From an uncultured bacterium (GTDB lineage: Bacteria > Cyanobacteriota > Vampirovibrionia > Gastranaerophilales > Gastranaerophilaceae): a stretch of 36,676 bases of DNA. This document shows, piece by piece, positions 1 to 8,958 of this stretch (its first letter is position 1; each line of letters begins with the position of its first letter). The translations under genes were made by a program, and so were the position numbers. The DNA lies in NCBI GenBank assembly GCA_900553205.1, contig USCK01000001.1, positions 1-36,676 on the forward strand, written 5' to 3'. Below the pieces are notes generated by a model that worked only from the letters and a program-made list of their open reading frames with translations, made no database searches and was not told the DNA's origin.

Positions 1-441
1 AGTAGTCAGATAGTATATTCCAGCCGTAAAAATCAGGCTAAGAAGGAGACAGAGCTTGACTGGCTTGCTTCTTGGAATCCAAATAAAGATAAACCTGTTA
101 AAGGGGTAGGTAAGATTTTGACTGCAGAGTATTTTGACACGCTCAAAAAAGACGGGTTCCATGATGTGTATGTAAGGTCTGAGGTGCCTGAACTATCTTA
201 TGCACAAACATTTTATGAAAAAATGGGGTTTGAAACCCTGCCAAACAAACGAGAGTCCATAGTCAAATCTTCGACAAATAAATATGTTGTAGGTGATTAT
301 GATTCTGCAGAAGATGAAATTGTTCCAATGGTGGCTGTAATGTCAGGGTGGGAAAAGGCTAAAAATGTTGTTTTTCATTTGTTTAATCGTAAACCAATGG
401 AGAAGCAGTCAGTTGATATTTCGACAGTTATCAATTCTTAG
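1..441 (+). CDS. GNAT-family N-acetyltransferase, C-terminal part (5' end outside window)
   Basis: Frame 1 is open from base 1 to the TAG at 439-441, so the tracked 107-aa ORF is only the tail of a longer gene. The translation has GNAT motif A-like 'VKGVGKIL' and motif B-like 'AQTFYEKMGFE'. Confidence 0.6.
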   Translation, partial: SSQIVYSSRKNQAKKETELDWLASWNPNKDKPVKGVGKILTAEYFDTLKKDGFHDVYVRSEVPELSYAQTFYEKMGFETLPNKRESIVKSSTNKYVVGDYDSAEDEIVPMVAVMSGWEKAKNVVFHLFNRKPMEKQSVDISTVINS

Positions 442-461
442 AAAAATAAAATATGCATAAT

Positions 462-498
462 AAAAGAGCTATTCAATAATATATTGAATAGCTCTTTT
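462..498. terminator. Bidirectional intrinsic terminator between convergent genes
   Basis: Perfect inverted repeat aaaagagctattcaata / tattgaatagctctttt with a 3-nt loop. It is A-rich on the left and T-rich on the right, and sits between the GNAT stop and the rpsT stop. Confidence 0.65.
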
Positions 499-517
499 GT
501 AAAGTTTTAAGCACTTA

Positions 518-784
518 TTACTTAGCTAATTTTTTAACCGCAAGAGTTAATCTTGATTTTTTTCTAGCAGCAGTATTTTTGTGCAAAATACCTTTAGAAA
601 CAGCTTTATCACAAAGTTGATAAACTTTTGATAGAGATGCGTTTAATGCTTCTTTATCTTCACCTTGAGCAAGTTCCAAAACTCTTTTTACAGCAGTTTT
701 GATAGAAGATTTGAAAGCTACATTTCTTTGTCTGTTTGCTTCTGCGATTAATACTCTTTTCTTAGCTGACTTAATATTTGCCAT
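518..784 (-). CDS. rpsT: 30S ribosomal protein S20
   Basis: 88 aa. 'MANIKSAKKRVLIAEANRQRN...' is the canonical S20 N-terminus, and the protein is basic and helical throughout. Confidence 0.95.
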   Translation of the reverse strand: MANIKSAKKRVLIAEANRQRNVAFKSSIKTAVKRVLELAQGEDKEALNASLSKVYQLCDKAVSKGILHKNTAARKKSRLTLAVKKLAK

Positions 785-943
785 TTTTATTCACCTTTCT
801 TTATTGTATTGAACTTGAGGATTAATGACTTCCTCTCATTCGCCACGAGGATGTGAGTACAATTATTTTACACCAAAAATACATATTACAATAGGTATAT
901 TAAAATATTTTAAAAACTTAATTAAAAACAAAAAGCATATTAA

Positions 944-1222
944 TTATGCGATAACATTAAGTTTGTGTTGTTGTTTCATATCTTGTTTCATTTTAGCTTC
1001 GCATTGTTTTTTCCAAGCAGAAGCCATTTGATACATTAGTTGGTTCTTTGCGTTTGCTACTGAATTGTGTACATCTTGTTGGTGTAGGGCATTGAAACTT
1101 GTTTCGCCAGCTTTTGAAGCTCTAAGCATGCTCATATTATTCTGATTAGTCTGCATCATGGCCATGCCTGCATTGTGTTGCATAGCGATTGCTTTAAATT
1201 GTGAAATTGCTGAAACTAACAT
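944..1222 (-). CDS. Small Q/N/M-rich hypothetical protein
   Basis: 92-aa ORF with no recognisable family. A plausible upstream TTGCAC ... TGtGATAAT promoter lies on the minus strand around 1240-1275. It wins over the overlapping + ORF 825-1031, which looks like composition noise. Confidence 0.4.
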   Translation of the reverse strand: MLVSAISQFKAIAMQHNAGMAMMQTNQNNMSMLRASKAGETSFNALHQQDVHNSVANAKNQLMYQMASAWKKQCEAKMKQDMKQQHKLNVIA

Positions 1223-1437
1223 AACAAAATATACCCTTCACGTGCTTACCATATTATCACAATAATTAAAATTGTGCAACTACCATGTTGTCGAATGTGA
1301 AAGAAAATTATTGATTGTTTTTTGTCATAATTTTGTCATTTTCGGCTAGTATGGAGTGTAACTCAAGATTAACCGAAAAAATATTTTTTTTGTAAAATAT
1401 TTTTCTAAAAACACTTATTTTATTATAATATATTATT

Positions 1438-2565
1438 ATGAATAGGCGTCTTAAAAAGTTTTTGAAGTTTGTTGCAATAATCGGTATTGTTTTACTGCTT
1501 GTATTCGGTAGAGGACTTGTCAGAAAATATGTTATCAACAGAGCGTTAGGTGTGTATTATGTTTATAAAGGTGATAGAGCATATCACAAGCACAAATTAG
1601 CGTATTCAATTCAATATTATAATAAAGGTCTTGATTATTTTCCTGAACATTATACTGCTTGGTTTAACTTAGGTAATATTTATGTAGTTTATGAAGATTA
1701 TTATTCAGCTGTACTTGCTTATCAAAAAGCGATTGAATACAATCCTCGTTATACTATGGCAAGAATGAATTTGGGTATAATTGAAGCTGAAAAGCTCGGC
1801 AATTTTGATGAGGCAATAAGACAGTATGATGCTATTCTTAATCTAAAAAATAAAATATGGGCTATTCCTTTTTTGTTTAGTAACAAAAAAAGTTCTAAAC
1901 AAAATCGTGGTCTTGCTTATTATAACAGAGGTTTAGCATATAGAGAAAAAGCAATGTTTCTGTCTGACGAAGATAGAGAAATGGAGCTTGGTCTGTTGAG
2001 AAAAGCTGCAGAATCTTATGAAAAATCTCACAGAATACTTCGCAAAAATTCTGATGTAGTATTCAATTTGGCTCTAACATATCAAGTTATGGGTGACTAT
2101 AGAGATGCAGGTCTAAACTACTGCAAAGCTATTGCCCTAACACCGATGAACTATGAAGCGCATTACAACCTTGCCGTTCTTCTAAGACGATTAAAACGAT
2201 ACAAAGATGCAGTTGATGAACTGGAAAAAGCATCAATGTTGCTTTCGCTAAAAACAGATGATAGTGGCAAAGCTGCCTATGTGTTTGGGATTCTTTCTGA
2301 TGCTTCTCATCTTTATAGCAAATATGGTGCAAATGAACTTGGTACAAATATGGATATCTATGATACTGATAATCAAGATGTAAATCTTAAAAAGAAGAAG
2401 AAAAAGAAAAATCCGGAAGATGAGGACGAAGTAAAAAATTTCAACTATTCAACAGGCAAGATTGTTCCGTCTGAGGATTTGGATAAGGCAATGATGAAAA
2501 ATTTTAAAGTTTGTGCAGGCATGGATTATTTTAAGCATGAGGTAGAAGAAGATGACGACTACTAA
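1438..2565 (+). CDS. Membrane-anchored tetratricopeptide (TPR) repeat protein
   Basis: N-terminal hydrophobic segment 'FVAIIGIVLLLVF'. Several 34-aa TPR-like units are present (AWFNLGNIYVVYEDYYSAVLAYQKAIEYNP; VVFNLALTYQVMGDYRDAGLNYCKAIALTP; AHYNLAVLLRRLKRYKDAVDEL). The tail is Lys-run then acidic. Confidence 0.8.
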   Translation: MNRRLKKFLKFVAIIGIVLLLVFGRGLVRKYVINRALGVYYVYKGDRAYHKHKLAYSIQYYNKGLDYFPEHYTAWFNLGNIYVVYEDYYSAVLAYQKAIEYNPRYTMARMNLGIIEAEKLGNFDEAIRQYDAILNLKNKIWAIPFLFSNKKSSKQNRGLAYYNRGLAYREKAMFLSDEDREMELGLLRKAAESYEKSHRILRKNSDVVFNLALTYQVMGDYRDAGLNYCKAIALTPMNYEAHYNLAVLLRRLKRYKDAVDELEKASMLLSLKTDDSGKAAYVFGILSDASHLYSKYGANELGTNMDIYDTDNQDVNLKKKKKKKNPEDEDEVKNFNYSTGKIVPSEDLDKAMMKNFKVCAGMDYFKHEVEEDDDY

Positions 2566-3934
2566 TATTTTATTAAAATTATCTAATCTACTTGTTTCAT
2601 CTTCTGATATCTATGAAATTTCATCAGGTATAAAAAAAATTGTTTCTGATATCAAAGAAAATAATATATTTTTCTATGATTATTCATCACGAAAATTAAA
2701 AGATGTAATCAATAATTTTTCACCGATAGAAGATATGTATGACGAAACTGCCGTTGGAATTTTATACAATAATCTTCTAAAATTAAGAGATTGTGACTAT
2801 ATTCTTGATGGTTGCGAGGTCGTAGATGCAACACTTAAATATAATGAAGATGTCATAGTAAAAAATATTTTAATCCCTATGAAAGCTTCTGATTCAATTT
2901 TCGGAATGTTAGATATTTCTTTTGAGAATAAAAAAACTTTTTCTGTTCAATTTCTTAGAGAATTATCAGTTTTTGCAAATCAAATGTTTTTATGGATTCA
3001 AAATAAAATTCTAAATGATAGGCTTCAAGTTAATTCTAATTTTTATGATGCGTTGCGCAATATTGCAAAAATAATTGAAACCCAATATGAGTTGAATTAC
3101 ATTATTCCACTTATTGGTGAAATGATAGATAAGTTTGTATCAAATCATTTAATATATATATTTATAAAAGAAGGTTCTGAGTTTAAACTTTTTTGGCCAA
3201 CGGCTTGTCGTGATAAACGAATATATGATTTGATATCACAAATGAATTCTGAATACATAATTTCAGAGGATAGAAAAAGAGGAATTTTCCCACTTGTTGC
3301 AGGAAAAGAAATAGTAGGTTGTATAGCTGCACACAGTACGATAGATAAACTTTCGCCTAAAGAAATTGAATATATTTTACAACTGACTAAACAAGCATCA
3401 ATAACGATTGAAAGAGCAAATGTTTATGCAGAGGTTCTTAAACACGCAACTCTTGATGCTTTAACAGGTTTGAATAATCGTAGGCAGTTTGAAGTGCGTT
3501 TAAAACAAGAATACGCAAGTGCAACTCGTCAAAAGCACCCATTATGTGCAATTATGACAGATATTGATTTCTTCAAAAAAATAAATGATACATACGGACA
3601 TGCGATGGGGGATAAAGTGCTTAAATCCGTTGCACATATAATAAAAGAGCAACTTCGTGAATACGATATTCCATCAAGATATGGTGGTGAAGAATTTTGT
3701 ATTCTCTTGCCTCAAACCAAAATAGAAGAAGCAAATATTGTTGCACAGAGATTAAGAATGGCTGTTGAAAAAAATATTGTTGATGAAAATCAAAAAATAA
3801 GTGTTACAATAAGTATCGGACTCTCTCAACTTCAAGAAGGAGATACGGCAGAGGATTTATACAAACATGCAGATAAGGCTTTATACGAAGCTAAAGAGCG
3901 TGGAAGAAATAGGGTAATTGTATATGAAGAATAA
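2552..3934 (+). CDS. GAF-like sensor / GGDEF diguanylate cyclase
   Basis: C-terminal GGDEF domain with an intact 'RYGGEEF' active site. An RxxD I-site ('REYD') lies exactly 5 residues upstream, the same spacing as PleD RESD-LLARY-GGEEF. The roughly 290-aa N-terminal region is GAF-like. Confidence 0.85.
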   Translation: MTTTNILLKLSNLLVSSSDIYEISSGIKKIVSDIKENNIFFYDYSSRKLKDVINNFSPIEDMYDETAVGILYNNLLKLRDCDYILDGCEVVDATLKYNEDVIVKNILIPMKASDSIFGMLDISFENKKTFSVQFLRELSVFANQMFLWIQNKILNDRLQVNSNFYDALRNIAKIIETQYELNYIIPLIGEMIDKFVSNHLIYIFIKEGSEFKLFWPTACRDKRIYDLISQMNSEYIISEDRKRGIFPLVAGKEIVGCIAAHSTIDKLSPKEIEYILQLTKQASITIERANVYAEVLKHATLDALTGLNNRRQFEVRLKQEYASATRQKHPLCAIMTDIDFFKKINDTYGHAMGDKVLKSVAHIIKEQLREYDIPSRYGGEEFCILLPQTKIEEANIVAQRLRMAVEKNIVDENQKISVTISIGLSQLQEGDTAEDLYKHADKALYEAKERGRNRVIVYEE

Positions 3935-4400
3935 AAGCTATAAAAAAGTATGTCATTCGATAGAAGAAACTAGAGAACTTGCTAAAAAATTTGCAAGTCT
4001 TACACAAGAAAAAGGTTGTTTTGTAAATCTTTTCGGTGAAATCGGTGCTGGTAAAACTGCTTTTGTAAGACTTGTTGCAGAAGCTCTTGATATAAAAGAA
4101 AAGGTTACAAGTCCTAGTTTTACTATACTTAATGAATATCATACAGGTAATATTCCGATTTATCATTTTGATTTGTACAGATTAGAAAATGAAGGTGTAA
4201 AAACAATTACTGATGAACTTAGAGAGTATTCTACAGGTAAACAACTTACTTTTGTAGAATGGGCAGAGTTTTCGCAAAATGAGATTCCGTTTGACCGTAT
4301 AGAAGTAAATGTTACTTATGATGATGAAGATAACAGATGTTTTGAATTTACTTCTATTGGTGAAGGTATGGACAAGATTATAGAAGGATTGGCAAAGTGA
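3924..4400 (+). CDS. tsaE: tRNA t6A37 biosynthesis ATPase TsaE
   Basis: Walker A 'GEIGAGKT' and the TsaE signature 'HFDLYRL'. The ATG at 3924 overlaps the GGDEF stop; the tracked TTG at 3918 is an alternative start. Confidence 0.85.
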   Translation: MKNKSYKKVCHSIEETRELAKKFASLTQEKGCFVNLFGEIGAGKTAFVRLVAEALDIKEKVTSPSFTILNEYHTGNIPIYHFDLYRLENEGVKTITDELREYSTGKQLTFVEWAEFSQNEIPFDRIEVNVTYDDEDNRCFEFTSIGEGMDKIIEGLAK

Positions 4401-5026
4401 AACTTTTAGCATTTGATACTTGTTTAGACAAAACTTATATCGTTTTAAGAGATGAAGATAATATCTTAACCTCAAAAATTCTTGAGTCTGATGAAAAGAA
4501 TTATCATTCAGCATATTTGATTTCGACTATTTCTAAAATATTAAAGGAAAATAATCTAACTCCTAAAGATATTGAAGGAATTGCAATCAATATCGGTCCG
4601 GGAAGTTTTACCGGAATAAGAGCTTGTACGACTGTAGCTCGAGTTATGGCCCAACAGTTGAATATAAAAGCTCTTGGTGTATCATCTTTAGAAATTTTAT
4701 CAAAAGCTTGTGATGATAAATATGTTGTAGCGCTTGATGCTCGTAAAAACAAAGCCTATTTATATGCCGGCAAACTTTTAGGTGCAGTTGAATTAGAAGA
4801 AGTAGATAAGCTGGTTAAAGGTAGAGATATAATAACTGATGATAGATTGTTTGAACGATTTAAAGAACTAGGAAATAATGTAATATCTTATCAGAAAGCT
4901 GATTTTGATTTAGGTAGAGTTCTATCAGATATCGCAATAACAAGAATCAAAGAACAAGAATGTGATTGGCATAAACTTTTACCTCTATATATTCAGCCAC
5001 CACCTGTTACTATTAAAAAGAAATAA
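4397..5026 (+). CDS. tsaB: tRNA t6A37 biosynthesis protein TsaB (YeaZ)
   Basis: 'MKLLAFDT...' N-terminus and 'GPGSFTGIRACTTVARVMAQ' motif. The GTG start overlaps the tsaE stop (GTGA). Confidence 0.85.
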   Translation: MKLLAFDTCLDKTYIVLRDEDNILTSKILESDEKNYHSAYLISTISKILKENNLTPKDIEGIAINIGPGSFTGIRACTTVARVMAQQLNIKALGVSSLEILSKACDDKYVVALDARKNKAYLYAGKLLGAVELEEVDKLVKGRDIITDDRLFERFKELGNNVISYQKADFDLGRVLSDIAITRIKEQECDWHKLLPLYIQPPPVTIKKK

Positions 5027-5037
5027 AAGGATTTGAT

Positions 5038-5913
5038 ATGAGTGCTATATGTAAAAACTGGACACAATGGCTTAAGGAAACAAGGTTTTCTGCTCTAACA
5101 GAGGAACTTAAAGCAGAAACTATTCAATGGCTGGATTCTGTCGGGAATGCAGTTATTAATATGGCACAAATCCAACCAAATGACACAGTTCTTGATATCG
5201 GTTGTGGTACAGGATTATTGAGCTTTAAGGCAATCGAAATTTTAGAAAAATTGAACGGTGAAGGAAAAGTTATTTTCTCTGACAAATTTCCTGATTGTTT
5301 AGAAACCTGTAAAAGTTTTTTGAATGAAAATCCTACAACAGTAAATTGTGAGTTTTTAAACGCATCTTGTGAAGATTTAAAACTCCCTGAAGGTAGTGTT
5401 GATAAGGCAGTTATGCGTTCAGTTTTGGTGCATATTGTTGATAAACAGTCTGCTATAAATGAGATTTTCAGAGTGTTAAAAACAGGTGGATATTTCTGTG
5501 CGTTTGAACCAATCATACGTTCTAATACAAGATATTCTGAATTGTTAGACCCTCAATACATAGAGAATTATCACGAGTTTAAAGATGCCGAGGCAAAGCT
5601 TATGTCTGACCCGAATGATTCTTTATGTAATTTTGATGATTTTACAATCAAAAATAATCTTGTTAAAGCTGGATTTTCTTCACCATCAACTATGATTCAT
5701 ACAATAGAATCAAAATATACTGTAACTAAGGAAATGGTAGTACCTTGGTTTGTATCGCCTCCTTCACCTGATAGACCTTCTATGAAGGAAAGATTTATGA
5801 CTTTCTTTGATGAAAAGAAAGTGGATAAATATATTTCTGATGTTCAGAATTATCTTACAGGTAGAGAAATCTCTTTGAAAACTAATTCTGTACTTATTTA
5901 TGCGACTAAATAG
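5038..5913 (+). CDS. Class I SAM-dependent methyltransferase
   Basis: Motif I 'VLDIGCGTGLLS', an acidic post-I loop, and 'VLKTGGYF' motif. Confidence 0.8.
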   Translation: MSAICKNWTQWLKETRFSALTEELKAETIQWLDSVGNAVINMAQIQPNDTVLDIGCGTGLLSFKAIEILEKLNGEGKVIFSDKFPDCLETCKSFLNENPTTVNCEFLNASCEDLKLPEGSVDKAVMRSVLVHIVDKQSAINEIFRVLKTGGYFCAFEPIIRSNTRYSELLDPQYIENYHEFKDAEAKLMSDPNDSLCNFDDFTIKNNLVKAGFSSPSTMIHTIESKYTVTKEMVVPWFVSPPSPDRPSMKERFMTFFDEKKVDKYISDVQNYLTGREISLKTNSVLIYATK

Positions 5914-5962
5914 GTTGTAAGAGTTATGTTGTTAACTTAATAAGTTAATAATAAAGTTATTG
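5913..5962. repeat. 8-nt-periodic array flanking repeat element (left arm)
   Basis: ggttgtaa gagttatg ttgttaac ttaataag ttaataat aaagttat. It is roughly the reverse complement of the array at 6211-6250. Confidence 0.5.
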
Positions 5963-6029
5963 TATGGAATATGTCATTGCAAAAAATCTTAGATTTTGAA
6001 ACAATTTAGAACATAATCCACGGCATTCT

Positions 6030-6200
6030 GTCATATTGAGCGATAGCGAAATATCTCTAACAAGTCTTACATGAGATTCTTCGGCAAGCCGAGCAGAGGG
6101 TGAAAATCGAAAATTCATAATCGGAAAAAGTATTTTTTCGATTTGAATTTGAGTGTACCCGTTTAATGCGAGGCGCAGTAGCCTAACGGCTCTGAATGAC
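6030..6200 (-). repeat. Dispersed GTCATTCAGAG-type palindromic element, expanded copy
   Basis: The minus strand reads gtcattcagagcc...(about 100-nt insert)...cgaagaatctc...agatatttcgctatcgctcaatatgac. It aligns arm-for-arm with the compact copy at 28154-28227. The tracked ORF 5957-6202 is just its translation. Confidence 0.7.
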
Positions 6201-6210
6201 ATTTTTTATT

Positions 6211-6250
6211 TTCTTAATAACTTAGTCACTTAACTCTTAATCACTTCATC
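6211..6250. repeat. 8-nt-periodic array flanking repeat element (right arm)
   Basis: ttcttaataa cttagtca cttaact cttaatca cttcatc. The same array type occurs at 24506-24557. Confidence 0.55.
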
Positions 6251-6679
6251 TAATTTGTAACAAAATATTGCATTTTGGAGTTTGTAGGGTTGCAGAAATG
6301 TGACACATCGTAAATAATGAGTATATACATTTACAGAGTAGACTTGGATAAATTTTTTAAAGCGAAGACAAAATAGTATTATTAAAAATGACTTAAAACG
6401 CCATGTTGCTATTTTAACTGTGTTCATTTTGAGGAATGATGCCAGTCACAGATGTTACCTATCAGTCGGACAGAAACTCTAACCCATTGTGGCTATACCA
6501 TTTCTACCGACGAGGACGGGAACGGAACTCTAAGACCCACAATATCAAAAGTATTTACAAAAAACTGCTAAAATTTCTACCGAAAGATTTGCTTATGCAA
6601 ATTGAACGTAAATCCGTTCTTGGGGTCGGTTAGATAATTTGGCAGTTTTTTAATTGTTTATTTGTAAAAAAGTTATGCC

Positions 6680-8770
6680 TTATTCTCCAATTCCTTCGGT
6701 ATTTTCAGGTTCAGGCTCTTTCAAAATGTTTTCCCAATGTTTCATGCTTTGGATAATAGGTTCAGCTTCTGCATACGCTTTTTCAGGGCTCTTTAGTTTC
6801 TTTGCAGAAATCATGCCTGCCTTAGCTTTAACAGCTAATCCCACAAGTTCAGGCATGTTCATAACAGGTGCATCTTCTTTTATCAAATGGTTATGATATC
6901 TGTCGTTATAATTCTCACTAAGTCGAGGTTTCCAAGTATCAGAGCTGTTATCTCTAGGGTTGTAGTTTTTATCAATACCAAACATATCAGGGAAATGTAC
7001 CTGTATGTTTTGGGTTCCACGCATCAGCTCTGCATATTTAGCCTTCAATCTCATTTGTGGATTTCTACGGATATTATCGGTCAAGCGCTCACGTTCATTC
7101 TCTCTGTCAGGATCAGGACAAAGATAGCCCCCCAGATATTCCGGCAACCAAGCATTGCTCCCATTATTATTTGGGTCATTAATCCAGCTTTGTGTTAAAT
7201 ATTCAGCCGTTGGCATGTTATCATGCGACCCTATCAAGCTCCAATCAGGTTTGGGTGCAGTCGGCTCCCAAATTTCCTGACCTTTATCATCTTTTCGTAT
7301 CTCACCGTCCTCATCTCTCACAGGTGCCCAGTCAAAACAAGTGTTTTGTGTTCTACTGCCTGTTGTTGTTATAATTCCGGGGAGTTTTTCTTCGTTTTCA
7401 AATACTTGTTTGAAAACCCAAGACTGTTCGCCTAAGTTTTCCCATACTGCTTGTTTTGGATTAACTCCGTTATCTTCCATAGCCGGTAAAATAATATTAT
7501 GCAAAACTTTGCGATAGTTGCCTTTTGGGTCAACCTCGTTTATATTAGACAAGTTGCCGCCCCATAATTGACTTCTGTCTGCGATATTATAGGTTCTGCC
7601 ACCATCTGCACTGACAACCATGTGAACAGTGTCTGCGTTATATACATAAGGATCAACAAGTCCCATAACATTATCTACACGAACATTTTCAACATTTTCG
7701 GTTGCTTTTTTAACTTTGTTATAAAGCAGTTTCCCTGATTCACCCAATGTTCCGTCCTCATTAAACAGTTTGTTAGGGTCAGGTAGAGGGTTGTTCCAAA
7801 TTTGTGGTGAGTTACAAGGTCCACCGTATTCGGCGCCGATTTTCCAACCTGATTTAAACGCATCTTCATGAGCCCATTCGTCAGCATAAGAGAAGCCTAC
7901 AAGCAAATCTCCGATATATTTAATACCGTCTTTTTGCCGTTCTGCTTTGTCATCTTTTTCTTGTTTATCTACCAAGAACTGCGTAAACATATACTGATTG
8001 ATATCATCTTTTGACCGTTCTCTCAATGTTTTATATCTTTCTGTCGCTTTGGAATCATCTGTTTTCTTTAAAGAAATTAAGTGTCTGTCAGTCGGATTAT
8101 CCCATTTGTGAAAATCATCTGTACCGTGGATATCAGAAAGTACATGGAAAATAGCATAAGATTCAAGCCATTCCTTGTTTTCTTGTTTGAAATCGTTAAA
8201 CTCCTTGTTTAATTTTTCAGCTTTCGGATTGCCGTCTGCAAGTTTGGTTTTAAAATTCCTATAGGCTTTTTTAGTCAATAATCTTGAAACTTCTTTTGCC
8301 TCGTCAAAGTCTGACATTTCATAATCTTTGCCACTTGGTTGAGGAATGGAATTTACTTTATCAATATCATGTTTTGAAAGAATATTTGCATAACCATCCT
8401 CGGTCATTTTGCCAAAGTTTAGGAACAAAGGATTTTTTGCATAAATCGAAGCTCTGTATGGTGAGTTATCACCTTTGCAAAGTTCACCGTTTGGGCCAAG
8501 TTGAATACAGTTAAAACCGTTGGTTTTAGCAAGTTGGTTCATCTCTTTTGCAAAATACGGAGTTCCGATATAATGGTTTTTTCTCGCACCTTTTACATCA
8601 GGATAGCAAGAGCCATGCATAATAAGAGCTCTGTTTTGAATATCTAAATACTTGAAAGCCTTGTTCATATCAGCTTCCATGTGGGTTTTTTCTTCCTCTC
8701 TCAATTTGCGTTTAAAATTGAGAGGAGTAGTATTTTTGTGATTCTGATATTTGCTAATCCCTAATTCCAT
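6680..8770 (-). CDS. GH77-like 4-alpha-glucanotransferase (divergent amylomaltase)
   Basis: 696 aa with GH77-like blocks: 'IQLGPNGE..GDNSPYRASIYAKNPLFLNF' (cf. QxLPL..SPY..S.FAGNPLLI), 'IGDLLVGFS', 'VRVDNVMGLVDPY', 'WENLGEQ' and 'GSHDNMPT' (cf. THDNDT). It is divergent, so the exact activity is uncertain. Confidence 0.6.
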   Translation of the reverse strand: MELGISKYQNHKNTTPLNFKRKLREEEKTHMEADMNKAFKYLDIQNRALIMHGSCYPDVKGARKNHYIGTPYFAKEMNQLAKTNGFNCIQLGPNGELCKGDNSPYRASIYAKNPLFLNFGKMTEDGYANILSKHDIDKVNSIPQPSGKDYEMSDFDEAKEVSRLLTKKAYRNFKTKLADGNPKAEKLNKEFNDFKQENKEWLESYAIFHVLSDIHGTDDFHKWDNPTDRHLISLKKTDDSKATERYKTLRERSKDDINQYMFTQFLVDKQEKDDKAERQKDGIKYIGDLLVGFSYADEWAHEDAFKSGWKIGAEYGGPCNSPQIWNNPLPDPNKLFNEDGTLGESGKLLYNKVKKATENVENVRVDNVMGLVDPYVYNADTVHMVVSADGGRTYNIADRSQLWGGNLSNINEVDPKGNYRKVLHNIILPAMEDNGVNPKQAVWENLGEQSWVFKQVFENEEKLPGIITTTGSRTQNTCFDWAPVRDEDGEIRKDDKGQEIWEPTAPKPDWSLIGSHDNMPTAEYLTQSWINDPNNNGSNAWLPEYLGGYLCPDPDRENERERLTDNIRRNPQMRLKAKYAELMRGTQNIQVHFPDMFGIDKNYNPRDNSSDTWKPRLSENYNDRYHNHLIKEDAPVMNMPELVGLAVKAKAGMISAKKLKSPEKAYAEAEPIIQSMKHWENILKEPEPENTEGIGE

Positions 8771-8958
8771 ACTTATATAATGTAAGAATACGGATTTTTT
8801 TGCCAGTTTATGAAGAATTGTTTACAGTTTATTGCGAGATGCAGCTGTTTTGAGTTTTTAATAAATGTGACATACACTTGATTTCTTAGTATGTTTCGGT
8901 TTTAATACAATTACTGAGAAAAATTTTCTCTAGTCTTTTAGAAAGCAGATTCAAATTT

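Noticed and set aside
2390-2412. Poly-lysine-encoding A-rich tract (AAAAAGAAGAAGAAAAAGAAAAA) in the TPR gene as a slippery or phase-variable site
   Set aside because: The reading frame is intact through it and the downstream acidic tail is plausible. There is no evidence of frameshifting.
6040-6052. Cyanobacterial HIP1-like octamer (GCGATAGC versus GCGATCGC) within the repeat arms
   Set aside because: It is one base off the HIP1 palindrome and explained by the hairpin-arm sequence. It is too weak to use for taxonomy.
5957-6202. 81-aa ORF (MSFRAVRLLRL...)
   Set aside because: It coincides exactly with the palindromic repeat element and is its fortuitous translation. It has no RBS.
6499-6620. 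Purine-riboswitch-like strings 'TTTCTACCG' and 'CGTAAAT'
   Set aside because: The surrounding sequence cannot form the P1-P2-P3 three-way junction with the conserved J1/2 and L2 elements. No regulated gene lies downstream on the plus strand.
6436-6633. 65-aa basic ORF (also 6230-6427 on the minus strand)
   Set aside because: It lies in the structured, repeat-containing intergenic region. GAGGA is only 1-4 nt from the ATGs, and the sequence is low-complexity and basic, consistent with AT-rich noise.
8917-8931. Palindrome GAGAAAA-A-TTTTCTC upstream of ispH
   Set aside because: It is short and AT-rich, so it is expected by chance in this composition. There is no second copy or obvious regulator.
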